A DNA stretch of 64,000 bases from an uncultured Dehalococcoidia bacterium (lineage in GTDB: Bacteria; Chloroflexota; Dehalococcoidia; Lucifugimonadales; UBA3495). The DNA lies in contig OX638345.1 of NCBI GenBank assembly GCA_951813535.1, positions 664,036 through 728,035 on the forward strand, given 5' to 3'. Within the stretch, counting starts at the first letter, position 1, and each line of letters begins with the position of its first letter. The notes beneath the pieces were generated by a model. It saw only the letters and a program-made list of their open reading frames with translations, was not told where the DNA came from and searched no databases. This document shows positions 29,703 to 40,329 of this stretch, piece by piece. Made by a program: the position numbers and the translations under genes.

Positions 29703-30922
29703 CCGTCCAGCACATCCGCGTTGTGCTGCCCCAGCAGCGGAGCGGGACGGACGACGCGGCCAGGCGAGCCGTGCAGCCTCACCGGAGCGCCCGGGTAGCG
29801 GTAACCGCCGGCCTCAGGATGTTCAGATTCCACGAACCACTGTCTTTGATGGAGGTGGGACATTTCCAGCGCTTCGGCCATGGTCAGTACCGGTGCGCAG
29901 GGAATGCGGTTTTCCAGGCACAGCTGCAAAATCTCCGCCTTGTCGTGCTCCATAAACCAGGGTGCGATCAGGTCTTCGGCTTCCTCCGGATATTGGTCGC
30001 TCATGGCGCGGCGGTCCCGGTAGCGTGGATTCTCGGTCCAATCCGGGTCGCCCATCAGGTTCAGGAATCGTTGGTACTGCTCCATCTGCGGGGCGTCGAT
30101 GCACACGTAGCCGTCGCGGCAGGGCAGGACGCAGTTGGGAAACAGGCCCAGGCGCATCCGGTTCCCCGAGCGTGAGCCGGCGATGCCACGATAGATGAAG
30201 GTGGGCAGATGGTAACCGGTCAGCAGCGTGCTGATGACTCCCGAATCGGCAACGTCGATGTACTGCCCCCCGGCAAGGTCGCCGTCGCCGGCCAGGTTTG
30301 ACTCTCGGGCCAGCAACGCGACGATGGCGGCGTAGGCCCCGCCCAGGCCGGCTAGAAATCCTGCCTGCCGATCCGGCGTGGTGAGCGGCTCCCGGTGCGG
30401 GTGGCCCGTGCCGAAGCTCATGCCGCTCAGGGCGTTCACCTGCAGGTCGTAACCGGCGTACTCCCGGTAGTCGCCGGTGCGGCCGTATGGAGACAGCGAA
30501 ACGGTAATCAGGCGCGGATGTCGAAGTTCCAATTCCGCTGCGGTTATGCCCGCGGCTTCCAGTGTGGAATAAGCCTGGTTTTCGACGAATATATCCGCGC
30601 TTTCCAGCAGACGGTGCAGTCGGTCAACGCCATCCGATGCGCGGGTGTTCAGAGTTACCCCTCGCTTACCAAGGTTGGCAAACAGGAAGAGCCCGCTGCG
30701 CTCCGGGTGGGGTCGTCCGCCGGGGAACGGTCCTGCGAGGCGGGCGGAGTCCCCTTCCGGCGGCTCCACCTTGACGACATCCGCGCCCAACTCCGCCAGC
30801 ACTTTGGCACAAAACGGCGCGGATACCATTTCGCCCCACTCAACGACCCGAACCCCTGCCAACGCCGACGGCGATTGACCCGGCGCGGGGGTTGATGGGG
30901 GTGTCGCCGATGTGGATGACAT
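29699..30922 (-). CDS. Family III CoA-transferase (CaiB/BaiF)
   Basis: LAGVRVVE, GADVVKVEPPEGD, NLGKRGVTL, APLLGQHN. Start inferred (30922 or 30940). Confidence 0.92.
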   Translation of the reverse strand: MSSTSATPPSTPAPGQSPSALAGVRVVEWGEMVSAPFCAKVLAELGADVVKVEPPEGDSARLAGPFPGGRPHPERSGLFLFANLGKRGVTLNTRASDGVDRLHRLLESADIFVENQAYSTLEAAGITAAELELRHPRLITVSLSPYGRTGDYREYAGYDLQVNALSGMSFGTGHPHREPLTTPDRQAGFLAGLGGAYAAIVALLARESNLAGDGDLAGGQYIDVADSGVISTLLTGYHLPTFIYRGIAGSRSGNRMRLGLFPNCVLPCRDGYVCIDAPQMEQYQRFLNLMGDPDWTENPRYRDRRAMSDQYPEEAEDLIAPWFMEHDKAEILQLCLENRIPCAPVLTMAEALEMSHLHQRQWFVESEHPEAGGYRYPGAPVRLHGSPGRVVRPAPLLGQHNADVLDG

Positions 30923-31188
30923 GACTGGGTACCCGGACATTGGGAGATCGCTACGCCAAGAGACGACCGCGCGGGAGTATATGGTTGAAATTGGATGGAC
31001 GCAACGGCAATCCGAAAGGGCTTCAACGGACGTAATAGCACACAATCCAAAAGGGGTTTCGCCAGGTTCGCAAACCGTTATGCAATTGACGATATTGCCC
31101 CACCAGTGACATGTTGACAACGACAAGCATCTGAAATGGCACTGAATTCAATATCTTACCTCTGTCACAATATCACCTTTTCGAATAT

Positions 31189-31217
31189 TTGACATCAGTT
31201 ATTGCCGATGCTAATGT
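31189..31217 (+). promoter_or_regulatory. Sigma70-type promoter for the ABC importer operon
   Basis: TTGACA (31189-31194), 17 nt spacer, TAATGT (31212-31217) with extended TG, in an AT-rich divergent intergenic region. Confidence 0.7.
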
Positions 31218-31261
31218 TTGGCGGCACGCGGGAATCCGCTGACTGATACGGAGGTATTTGC

Positions 31262-33079
31262 ATGGCAGTTCGCAGTGTTCGAAATGCGTCGCGCATCGGC
31301 GCAGTTCCCCTGCTGATTGTATTCCTGTCCGTCGTTGTCGCCTGCGGTGGGACGGCATCCGAGCCCGCCGCCCCCGCAGCAACTCAGGCGCCCGCGGCCC
31401 CCGCTCAGGCTGCGGCAACCGCCGCCCCCGAACCCACCGCCATGCCGGCCATGGCCGACGAAGCAGCGGTGCTTCACCTGGCCGTTACCCCACTGCCCCA
31501 GGACACCTACCTCCCCTGGCTGGCCACCAGTGGCGGCCATTTGCCCATACGCCCGATGTGGGAAAACTTGACGACAATCAGTCCTGAAACTGGTGTGTCC
31601 ACCGTTCTGCCTCAGCTGGCCAAGGCATGGGATATCAGCCCCGACGCCAGCGAGTACACCTTCTACCTCCAGGAGGGTGTCCAAATGCACCACGGCTGGG
31701 GTGAGTTCACCGTCAAGGACGTGATTCTGACCATTGACCAGCAGACCTCCGACCCGCTGGCCGGATGCAGGTCCGCAGTCACTCGCTTCATGGGCGCAGA
31801 CTCCATGACCGAGATGATTGCCAACGGTGATATGGACGTTATTGACGACTATACCTTCACCATGCGGCTGGCGGAGCCGCAGGTGGACGTGGCTGACTGG
31901 TGGTTCAACATCCTGGTGGTTCCCTGCGCCGCGGTCCGCAGTTCCGCTCAGCATGCTGCTGAGGGCGACGCCATGTTTGAGAACGGCCCCGCTGGCACCG
32001 GAGCCTACCAGTTTGTCTCACGGGAACTGAAGGAAACCGCAGAGTTCGAGGCCGTGCCCTACGAACACTGGCGCGTCAACCCTGAGTTCAAAAACCTGAA
32101 AATTACCACCTCGCCCGAAGACCTGACCCGCCTGGCGATGCTTCTGACCGGCGAGGCCAATATGGTGGACGTGCCCAAGGTGCTGCACCAGCAGGCGGTT
32201 GACGAAGGCATGGAGGTGTTTGAAAGCCCGTTGCCCTCGGTCGGGTTGACCATCTTGCCCTTCGGCCAGTATCACCTTAGCCAGGTGAACTGGAATCCCG
32301 ATACTGAGCCGTGGACCGCCCCCGGGGAAACCGGGAGGATGGTGCGCGAGGCCATGAACCGGGCCATCAACCGTGACCAGATCATCAACGAGCTGTTCAA
32401 AGGATTGGGCGAGCCCATGTACAACACCATCTTCCACCAGTCGCTGGAGGGCTGGAACCCACGCTGGGAGGAAGAGTTCAACGATAAGTACGGCTACGAC
32501 CCGGAACTGGCCAAGCAACTGCTGGACGAGGCCGGCTTCCCCGGCGACAACGGCCAGAATCGCTTCCGCGTAGAGGTTTACCAGAGCAGCTTGCCCGGAC
32601 TGCCGGAGACCATCGAGGTGGCGCAGACCGTAGCGCAGTCCTTACAGGACATCGGCATCGCTGCCGATCTGGTGGAGGTGGAGTTTGCCCGGGCCCTGGA
32701 TGCCTTCCGCGGCCGCCACGACGCACATTTCATTCTGCCCGTGCGCCAGACCATCCGGCAGATCAACGCCAACGCGCGAATCTATTACTACACCGGCCCC
32801 ACCGACCCTGAACTTGGTCGCCCCACCGGCGGGGTGGCCTACATTGAAGATCAACTCTACGACGACGTGTACGAGGCCCTTCTGAAAGAGACGGACCCGG
32901 ACGAAAGACACCGTCTGACCCAGATGATGGGCGACCACATCTATGACAACTACCGCACCATCCCGATCGTCAACGTCCGCGCCACGCTGGTGGTGAATCC
33001 GGAAGAAGTGGCCGAGTACAAGTTCGGCAGCCTCACCGGAGTGTTCGGACACCTGGAGTACGCCAAGGTGGCCAGGTAG
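31262..33079 (+). CDS. Family 5 ABC substrate-binding lipoprotein
   Basis: Lipobox VVAC, Ala/Pro linker, LPQLAKAWDIS, AGTGAY, YDPELAKQLLDEAG. Confidence 0.93.
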   Translation: MAVRSVRNASRIGAVPLLIVFLSVVVACGGTASEPAAPAATQAPAAPAQAAATAAPEPTAMPAMADEAAVLHLAVTPLPQDTYLPWLATSGGHLPIRPMWENLTTISPETGVSTVLPQLAKAWDISPDASEYTFYLQEGVQMHHGWGEFTVKDVILTIDQQTSDPLAGCRSAVTRFMGADSMTEMIANGDMDVIDDYTFTMRLAEPQVDVADWWFNILVVPCAAVRSSAQHAAEGDAMFENGPAGTGAYQFVSRELKETAEFEAVPYEHWRVNPEFKNLKITTSPEDLTRLAMLLTGEANMVDVPKVLHQQAVDEGMEVFESPLPSVGLTILPFGQYHLSQVNWNPDTEPWTAPGETGRMVREAMNRAINRDQIINELFKGLGEPMYNTIFHQSLEGWNPRWEEEFNDKYGYDPELAKQLLDEAGFPGDNGQNRFRVEVYQSSLPGLPETIEVAQTVAQSLQDIGIAADLVEVEFARALDAFRGRHDAHFILPVRQTIRQINANARIYYYTGPTDPELGRPTGGVAYIEDQLYDDVYEALLKETDPDERHRLTQMMGDHIYDNYRTIPIVNVRATLVVNPEEVAEYKFGSLTGVFGHLEYAKVAR

Positions 33080-33178
33080 GCCCCACGGCGCGAACAGGCC
33101 ACGCAAGGACCCCTTGCGCATCAGGTCACTGGCGGGTACTCCGCCCCATCAGGAAGCAGGTACGGACAGGAGGCGACT

Positions 33179-34102
33179 ATGCAGCGGTTCATAATCTTCC
33201 GCGCCGGGCAGGCGATTATCGCCGTGCTGCTGGTGAGCATCATCGTGTTCATGCTCTCCAACATCACCGGAGACCCCACGTCGGTGATGCTGCCCATGGG
33301 CGAAGCCACTCCCGAAGACATCGCCGCCCTCAAGGAAAAATGGGGCTTGGACAAGCCTCTGCACATGCGTTATCTGGTCTTTTTGGGCAACGCGGTTCAG
33401 GGCGATTTTGGCGAGTCCTACGCCTTCGGCGGTCAGACCGCCATGGGAATGGTGATGGACCGCTTCCCGGCTACCCTGCAATTGGGTGGCCTGGCCATGT
33501 TGATCGCGGTGGTTCTCGGGGTGCCCCTGGGAGTGATCACTGCGGCCAAGAAAGATGGTTGGCTCGACTACCAGGGCAAGGCTGTGGCTTTCCTGGGGCA
33601 GTCGGTGCCGAGCTTCTGGTTGGGTATCATGCTCCTATGGCTCTTCGCCGTTCAGTTGGGTTGGCTGCCGTCTTCCGGCAAGGGCGGCCTTTCCCACATG
33701 ATCATGCCGGCGTTCACCCTGGGCTTCTTCCAGGTGGCGGCGCTGCTGCGGCTGATCCGTTCCTCAATGCTGGACGTGCTGGACACCGAGTTCGTCAAGC
33801 TGGCGCGCATCAAGGGCGTGCCCGAATGGAAGGTCGTTTGGAAGCACTGCCTGCGCAACGCGTTCATCGCGCCGCTGACCTACTTTGCCATTATCATTGG
33901 CGGCCTGTTCACGGGCACCGTTATTGTCGAAACGGTGTTCTCGTGGCCGGGGGTGGGGCAGCTGGCGGTGGGCGCCGTGCGCGGTCGCGACTTCCAGGTG
34001 CTGCAGGCGGTGGTCATCATCGGATCGTCTATCTACATCTTCGCTAACCTGGTGGTAGACATACTCTACGCGTACCTGGATCCCCGCATCCGGTACACGT
34101 AG
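33179..34102 (+). CDS. ABC permease (OppB/DppB-like)
   Basis: EAA-like motif ARIKG..KHCLRNA, ETVFSWPGVG, YLDPRI. Confidence 0.95.
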   Translation: MQRFIIFRAGQAIIAVLLVSIIVFMLSNITGDPTSVMLPMGEATPEDIAALKEKWGLDKPLHMRYLVFLGNAVQGDFGESYAFGGQTAMGMVMDRFPATLQLGGLAMLIAVVLGVPLGVITAAKKDGWLDYQGKAVAFLGQSVPSFWLGIMLLWLFAVQLGWLPSSGKGGLSHMIMPAFTLGFFQVAALLRLIRSSMLDVLDTEFVKLARIKGVPEWKVVWKHCLRNAFIAPLTYFAIIIGGLFTGTVIVETVFSWPGVGQLAVGAVRGRDFQVLQAVVIIGSSIYIFANLVVDILYAYLDPRIRYT

Positions 34103-34162
34103 GCGCCCGTGAGCAAGTCAACAGCATTGGCATCAACAGTGTCCATCGGTGGAGAATGAGAC

Positions 34163-35263
34163 ATGGCTATCACCACGGCTCCAGTTCCGGCCAGTCCCGT
34201 TTCGGAAGAAGCGGCAGTACGTCCGGGCGCCCTGGGCAAGATCCGTCATTGGATCGCGGAAGTCCGGAGGCTCCCCCTGTTTCCGGTTACGATGCTGTTG
34301 GTATTCCTGATCGTGCCGGCCCTTTTCTCTGAGTTGATCGCTCCGCATAACCCGCGGCGCGGCGACCTGGACGACCGGCTGGTCCCGCCGGCCTGGTCCG
34401 GTGATGTGGTGTCCACTCGCACGGTAGTCGAGCGGGTGAACCGGGAAAACCGTCAGAACGAAATTAAACTGAGCGACGCTGAGCGCACGGTCCGCATCGG
34501 CGACGCAACCGTTGCGGGTAAGGCCGCGGGCGAGGCTCCGGCGCTGGGCGACCAGATCCAGATCGTGGTCAAACCCGGCGGGCAGGGCAAGTACCTGCTA
34601 GGGACGGACAAGAACGGTATGGACATATTCAGCCGGATCGTGCACGGAGCGCGGCTCGCGTTGGTGGTGTCCATGATGGCGATCTTCGTATCGGGGCTCA
34701 TTGGCACCGTATTGGGCATCCTGGCCGGCTATTACGGCGGCTGGGTGGACACCCTGGTCATGCGTCTGGTCGATATGTCCCTGTCGATTTCGCTGATCCT
34801 GGTTGCGCTGGTTCTCGCGGCGACCCTGGGGCCGCGCATCGAAAACGTGCTCATCGTAGTGTGCCTGTTCCTCTGGTCGCGCTACGCCCGCCTGATCCGC
34901 GGCGAGACGCTGGCACTGAAGACCCAGGACTTCATCTCCAGGGCCAAGGTGGCCGGCTCGTCAGAGATCAGGATCATGCTGCGCCACATCTTCCCCAACC
35001 TGGTCAACACGATCATCGTGCTGGCCACGCTCCAGTTGGGTTTCGTGATCCTGCTGGAAGCCGGCCTCAGCTTCCTGGGCGCCGGCATCCCGCGGCCCAA
35101 CCCGGCCTGGGGCGTCATGGTGGCCGACGGTCGGGAACTGATCATCGACTCCTGGTGGGTTTCCTTCTTCCCCGGCCTGGCGATCCTGTTCACGGTGCTG
35201 TCCGTGAACCTGCTCGGTGACTGGCTGCGCGACCGATTGGATCCCAAGCAGCGCAATGTGTAA
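34163..35263 (+). CDS. ABC permease (OppC/DppC-like)
   Basis: [30 protein letters not shown]. Confidence 0.95.
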   Translation: MAITTAPVPASPVSEEAAVRPGALGKIRHWIAEVRRLPLFPVTMLLVFLIVPALFSELIAPHNPRRGDLDDRLVPPAWSGDVVSTRTVVERVNRENRQNEIKLSDAERTVRIGDATVAGKAAGEAPALGDQIQIVVKPGGQGKYLLGTDKNGMDIFSRIVHGARLALVVSMMAIFVSGLIGTVLGILAGYYGGWVDTLVMRLVDMSLSISLILVALVLAATLGPRIENVLIVVCLFLWSRYARLIRGETLALKTQDFISRAKVAGSSEIRIMLRHIFPNLVNTIIVLATLQLGFVILLEAGLSFLGAGIPRPNPAWGVMVADGRELIIDSWWVSFFPGLAILFTVLSVNLLGDWLRDRLDPKQRNV

Positions 35264-35335
35264 CGACCCGCGCCATTTTTGGGGCTAGAATGTAGGGGCG
35301 AATGATCATTCGCCCCTACCAGTGTATTAACCAAC

Positions 35336-36682
35336 ATGCAGGAACAGGAACACCAGGCGGAGTTTCCCGACTGGGTCGAACGCAGCCAGCGCACGGCCCG
35401 GCGCCGCTACCGGATGCGCCTGCTCAAACCGGCCGTCACGGCCGGGGTGCTGTTGCTGGTCGCCATTCTGGGTTGGATATTCTGGTTCAGCCTGCCCAAC
35501 CCGGCGCGCTGGTTTGTGGGAAGCCCGTCGGCCGCCGCGTCTTCGGCGTCCAACACCGGACGCTGGTCGATGCTGGGTTATGGCGCCAGCCTGAACGGGT
35601 TCATCCCCGAGGTGGAACAGCAGCCGGCCGGTCGCCTCATCTGGTCCCAGGATCTGGGTCCGTACACTAGGTCTGCGCCGCTGGTAGCAGACGGCAAGGT
35701 GTTCGTGGGCGGACACTTCCAGGTGTCGGCTCTCGACGCCGGCACGGGAGAGCGGCTGTGGTCGGCGGAAACGCCCGGCCCCATGGATCATGCCACCACC
35801 ATCGCCAACAACAACCTGGTGTTCGTGGGCATGACCAACCACCGCATACGCGCGCTGGATCAGGACACGGGCGAGCAGGCGTGGGATTTCAAGGCGCACC
35901 TGCCGATATCGGCATCAGCGCTGGTGCATGGTGGAGTGGCCTACGTGACGTCCGCGGGCAATATCATCTATGGCCTGGACGCCCAGACCGGCGAGCAGCT
36001 CTGGAAGCACAAGCTCAAGGGCAACGTGAAGACCACGCCCACCCTGCGCGGCGACCGGCTCTATGTTGCTGACGACGAGGGCAACCTGTACTTCATCGAC
36101 GCGGACGACGGGAGGCGACGCTTCCGTTTCCTGACCGCCGGCTCGGCTGAGGGACCGCCGGTGGTGACCGGCGATACCGTGTATTTCCCGTCCGGTGGGA
36201 CGCTTTACGCCATCAACACCGGGGTGAAGGGGATGCCGGGGCTCTACTGGATCAAGCGAGCCTGGTTCCAGATGTGGCTCTGGCAGGTCCCGGGCGTCCC
36301 GCCGCCGCCGGCCCAGCGGGGAGAGCGGTGGCGGTTCGCGCCGGAGGAGCGGCATTCGCAGGGAATCGTGTCGTCGCCCGCTATTGCCGGTGGCGTGTAT
36401 TACGTCGGCGACAGTGACGGAGTGTTTTACGCCAGGGAGGCGTTGACGGACGCCGAGTCTTGGAGATTCCAGGCGGACGGCGGGGTCGTCAGTTCCCCGA
36501 TCATACTGGAAGACCGCATCTACTTTGGCGCGCGGGACGGTATGGTGTACTGCCTGAACCGAGCGGACGGCTCGTTGCTATGGAGGCTGGACCTGGGCGG
36601 GCCCATAGAATTGCCGCCGGCTTACGCCGACGGCAGGTTGTACGTGCGCACAGCCGATGGGCGACTGCACGCGGTGGAGTGA
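35336..36682 (+). CDS. Membrane-anchored PQQ-like (BamB-type) beta-propeller protein
   Basis: N-terminal TM followed by repeated ALDAxTGExxW blades. Confidence 0.9.
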   Translation: MQEQEHQAEFPDWVERSQRTARRRYRMRLLKPAVTAGVLLLVAILGWIFWFSLPNPARWFVGSPSAAASSASNTGRWSMLGYGASLNGFIPEVEQQPAGRLIWSQDLGPYTRSAPLVADGKVFVGGHFQVSALDAGTGERLWSAETPGPMDHATTIANNNLVFVGMTNHRIRALDQDTGEQAWDFKAHLPISASALVHGGVAYVTSAGNIIYGLDAQTGEQLWKHKLKGNVKTTPTLRGDRLYVADDEGNLYFIDADDGRRRFRFLTAGSAEGPPVVTGDTVYFPSGGTLYAINTGVKGMPGLYWIKRAWFQMWLWQVPGVPPPPAQRGERWRFAPEERHSQGIVSSPAIAGGVYYVGDSDGVFYAREALTDAESWRFQADGGVVSSPIILEDRIYFGARDGMVYCLNRADGSLLWRLDLGGPIELPPAYADGRLYVRTADGRLHAVE

Positions 36683-36708
36683 CGCGCCCATCCCCGTGAA
36701 GGCTGCTT

Positions 36709-37275
36709 TTACCAGTCGAGTATGTCCCGTACAGCGCAGCGGAAATCCGGTAGCACTGCTCCGCCATCCAACTCGTCGTCCTCGGTGTAAATGAGTGTCG
36801 GTCCTTCTGAGGGGTGTGCCGCCACAGTGCGGGCCACTGGGTACACTGCCCACACCAGGCGAACGCCGTGAGCGAGCCACATGGCCACCCGTTCCGCCAC
36901 GTATTGCTGGCTGTCGTTAGGCGAGACTATCTCGACGACTATATCAGGGACGACCTCATAGTAGCCTCGAACTTTGACGTCCAGTGGGAGGGTCTCGGCA
37001 GAAAAGTACGCGATGTCTGGCTCCCTGACCGTGTCCGGGTCACGCCCCAAGATCACGCCTGCGTCCGAGCCTGCTATGCGTCCCAGCCGATTTGGACGCA
37101 CGTAGGACGTCATTGCCGTCCCAAACGCCATCGCCACCTCGCCATGTTCTCCACCTGCTGGCACGGTTTCGTGAATTACCCCCTTGACCAATTCGCCCTT
37201 AATCAGGTGCCGCTGGCACAACTGGAGGAATTCGTCCGCAGTCAGCAGCTTCTCGCCGGTGGGAGTGGTGGCCAT
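36709..37275 (-). CDS. Uma2 family endonuclease
   Basis: LLTADEF..ELVKG..VREPDIAY..PDIVVEIVSP..GVRLVWAVYP. Confidence 0.92.
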   Translation of the reverse strand: MATTPTGEKLLTADEFLQLCQRHLIKGELVKGVIHETVPAGGEHGEVAMAFGTAMTSYVRPNRLGRIAGSDAGVILGRDPDTVREPDIAYFSAETLPLDVKVRGYYEVVPDIVVEIVSPNDSQQYVAERVAMWLAHGVRLVWAVYPVARTVAAHPSEGPTLIYTEDDELDGGAVLPDFRCAVRDILDW

Positions 37276-37311
37276 GATTACCTCCGATGCCCTGGAGCGA
37301 CGAGCGCCGGC

Positions 37312-38091
37312 CTACAGGAAGGCCAGCGCCGTCTGCACGAAGTCGTCGGGTTTTTCGATCTGGGGTGAGTGCCCGCAGTTGGGAAGCACCGTGACCTGGG
37401 ATCCAGCGATCGCCTGCTGGTAGAGGTCGGCGCACTCCACCGGGACCAGGTTGTCATTCTCGCCCCACACGATGTGCGTCGGGACGCTGACTCGCGCCAG
37501 CTTGGCCGGCAACCGCGGGTTGTGCATGTAGGGGCGCCAGGTCAGCCGGATGGCCATCTCCCGGTCGGACTCGGCCTGATCGGTTTGTTCCGGCGTCGGG
37601 TCGGTTCCGAACATCTCGTCCCACTCCGGAACCTGGCTGGGGTCGTGGTAGACCAAATCGCGGATCTGCCCGGGATTGATGATGAAGATATCGGTGATTT
37701 CGCCATCCACCGGCTTGACGCCGGCGGCGCCCACCAGCATTACCTTGCTGAAAGCGTGGCCGGTCATCGACAGCATCTCCGCGGCCAACCAGCCGCCCAT
37801 GGAGAACCCGATGGCGCGGACGTTCTCCAGCCCCTCCTGCTCCTGGTACCAGGTGTAGAAGCAGGCCAGGTCCTGCATGGTCTCGACCCAGCCGGGCCGG
37901 TCGCTCTTGCCGTAGCCGGGGTGGGAGGGCAGGTAGACGGTGAACTTCTCCGCCAGGGCCTGGGCGTATCGGCGGGGACCAGCATTACCGCCGGCGCCGT
38001 GCAACACCAGCAGCGGGTCGCCGCTGCCGCCTTTGTACACCTGAAGGTTGCCGCCGGCGACGGAGATGGTTTCCTCGGTGAAGTTTGCCAT
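37312..38091 (-). CDS. Alpha/beta hydrolase
   Basis: LHGAGG oxyanion motif, GFSMGG nucleophile elbow, GHSPQIE. AAGGAG RBS. Confidence 0.92.
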   Translation of the reverse strand: MANFTEETISVAGGNLQVYKGGSGDPLLVLHGAGGNAGPRRYAQALAEKFTVYLPSHPGYGKSDRPGWVETMQDLACFYTWYQEQEGLENVRAIGFSMGGWLAAEMLSMTGHAFSKVMLVGAAGVKPVDGEITDIFIINPGQIRDLVYHDPSQVPEWDEMFGTDPTPEQTDQAESDREMAIRLTWRPYMHNPRLPAKLARVSVPTHIVWGENDNLVPVECADLYQQAIAGSQVTVLPNCGHSPQIEKPDDFVQTALAFL

Positions 38092-38141
38092 TGGGGTTAT
38101 GCTCCTTGCTTCATTAGCAGTAACAGTCGATTGAGCGGCGC

Positions 38142-39377
38142 TTACATCCTGGTAAGCCCGGGCTGGACGCCTTCCTTCTGGAAGGGGTCGGTCAACTCGA
38201 GTTCCTCGCCGATCTCGCGCAGGGCCGGCAGGACTTCCTGGCCCATCAGCTCCAGGCAGCGCATGGTGTCCTCGTGGCTGATGGAGCCGTCGTTGGTCCA
38301 CACGGCCAGGATGCCAGGGCGCATGAAACTCAGCACCTCGCGGAGCTGACTGATGACGGTGTCCGGGCTGCCGATGATCCACCGCTTGGAGTCGAGGATG
38401 GAGTCATACTGCGCGCCGTCCAGCCCACCCACGCGGAAGGGGTCGCTGCGGATCTGCTCACGCAGGCGCAGGAAACGGGGGTCGTCGCTGCGGCTGCCGT
38501 AGCCAACGGGCGAGGCGTAGTCGCGGGGCAGCGGGATGCGGCCGACGCCGATGTTGCCCACCATGTAGCCCTTGCCCACGTCGTAGGCCTTCTCGTCGGT
38601 GTCCTGCACGTGGATGCGAACCAGATAGCCGAAGTTCTCCGGGCCGGGCTCGTAGCCGTGCTCGCGGGCGGTCTCGGCGTAGATGGACTTCATGTCCTGG
38701 GTGCCCTGTGGGTCGGTTTCCAGGAAGATGTACGGGTAGTTGCGCTCGGCGCACCACACCAGGGTCTCCGGGCTGCCGGTGCCGGGGATCCAGACGGGCG
38801 GATGCGGCTTCTGCATGGGCACCTGGAAGGGGTTGACCACGCGGAAGTGGTAGTGATCGCCTTCCCAGCGGAAGGGTCCCGGCGTGGTCCACGTCTTGAT
38901 TACGAGGTCGTGGGCTTCCTCAAATCGGGCGCGGTTGTGCAATGGGTTGGTGTTGGTGGCCAGGCTCTCCACGCCGGTGCCGCGCACGAAGCCGGACACC
39001 AGGCGGCCGCCGGAGATCATGTCGATCTCGGCCAACTCTTCGGCCAGGCGGATGGGGTTGTCGAAGATCGGCAGCGGGTTGCCCAGCAGCACGATCTTGC
39101 TGTTCTTGGTGTTGCGGGCGAGGATGGCGGCTTCGAGGTTCATGGTCGCGCCCAGGCAGGTGGGCGTGTTGTGGTGCTCGTTGAGCATCAGCCCGTCGAA
39201 GCCCATTTCCTCCGAGTACTCGTACTCGTCCAGGTACATGTTGTAGAGGTAGTGGCCTTCCTGGGGGTTGAAGTTGGAGTTCGAGAAGGTGAGCCGCACC
39301 GCCTCGTTGGGCGAGTTGCGCACGTCCTCCTCGGTGTAGTTAACGTAGGCCCGTTCGGTAAAACGCATCAGGAACAT
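38142..39377 (-). CDS. LLM-class flavin-dependent oxidoreductase (close paralog of 846-1979)
   Basis: GFDGLMLNEHHNTP, PIRLAEELAEIDMISGGR, WTTPGPFRWEG shared with 846-1979. Confidence 0.93.
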   Translation of the reverse strand: MFLMRFTERAYVNYTEEDVRNSPNEAVRLTFSNSNFNPQEGHYLYNMYLDEYEYSEEMGFDGLMLNEHHNTPTCLGATMNLEAAILARNTKNSKIVLLGNPLPIFDNPIRLAEELAEIDMISGGRLVSGFVRGTGVESLATNTNPLHNRARFEEAHDLVIKTWTTPGPFRWEGDHYHFRVVNPFQVPMQKPHPPVWIPGTGSPETLVWCAERNYPYIFLETDPQGTQDMKSIYAETAREHGYEPGPENFGYLVRIHVQDTDEKAYDVGKGYMVGNIGVGRIPLPRDYASPVGYGSRSDDPRFLRLREQIRSDPFRVGGLDGAQYDSILDSKRWIIGSPDTVISQLREVLSFMRPGILAVWTNDGSISHEDTMRCLELMGQEVLPALREIGEELELTDPFQKEGVQPGLTRM

Positions 39378-39461
39378 GGAATGGCCTCCTGCGGTGGGTC
39401 AGCCTGATCGGGGATCGGTTTGATGGGGGCCATGATACACCGCTGCGCGCCGGTTCGCAGG

Positions 39462-40329
39462 CTAATCCTCATCTTCGAAATAGTTTTCGTCCAGCTTCTT
39501 GATTTCGTAGGTGTATTCGGTGACCACGCCCACACCGTGCCGAATCATCAATTGCGCGAGTTCGTTGCCGTCAACCAAGCGGATGAACTTGTTGCCGGCT
39601 GAGATAGTCCGGGCGGTCTGACGGGCTGTGCTGCTGAATGTTGATGTGGTAATGAACACGCCTTTGGTAGCCCCTCTAGCGTCTAAGCTACCGGAAAAAT
39701 TTCTAATCTCCGGTTCTCCCACTGCTCCTGTGGTATATCGCTTGGCCTGAACGTAGACCTTTTCGAGACCCAAGGCGTCTTGACTGATGATGCCACCGTC
39801 GCCACTGTGACCGGTGTGTTCAGGCTCGCCGTAGCCCATTTTGTGCAGGAGGTCCAGCACCAGCCCTTCGAATTGCGTTGGCGGAACTAAGGAGACGTTT
39901 GCCTTTAAGTCCTCCGCGAGTTGGGTTCGAAGTCGCTCGTGAGCTGTCTCCATCATGTCTTTGGAGTGGCATCCGCACCGTCGTTCTTGGTGTCAACGAT
40001 TGCAAAATCACTTCTGTCGGTAGCGCCAATGTCACTTTGCTCCAGTTCCTCTTGGAGTTGCCTCAGTTCACGGTTCGTTACAGGGCCATCATGCCCCGCC
40101 AGAAAAGCCCTGCCCCTGTCGGTGATCTGGTACTTTCCCCGCGTAGGGCGATCCAACGCTCCAGCCAACCGGAGGTTGTGCATCGACCATTGGACGCGAT
40201 CCGCGAATCTGCGCACTCCTGAAGACGACCTATCTTGCAAATCGTCCTCAGCGATATCGAGCCGTCGGGCCAACTCCTGGGTGAATTGGCGCGCTGACAA
40301 ACCACCGACCGTTGCAGCAGCGAATTCTA
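39462..40329 (-). pseudogene. mrr: Mrr type IV restriction endonuclease, degraded
   Basis: Mrr_N winged helix (FADRVQWS..LRLAGALDRPTRGKYQITDRG) and Mrr_cat (FEGLVLDLLHKMGY..VQAKRY..KGVFITTS) are split by a frameshift near 39960. The 5' end is interrupted by IS630. Confidence 0.88.

Noticed and set aside
39953-39956. TGA at the mrr split as selenocysteine readthrough
   Set aside because: The downstream Mrr_cat domain is in a different frame, so a 1-bp deletion explains it.
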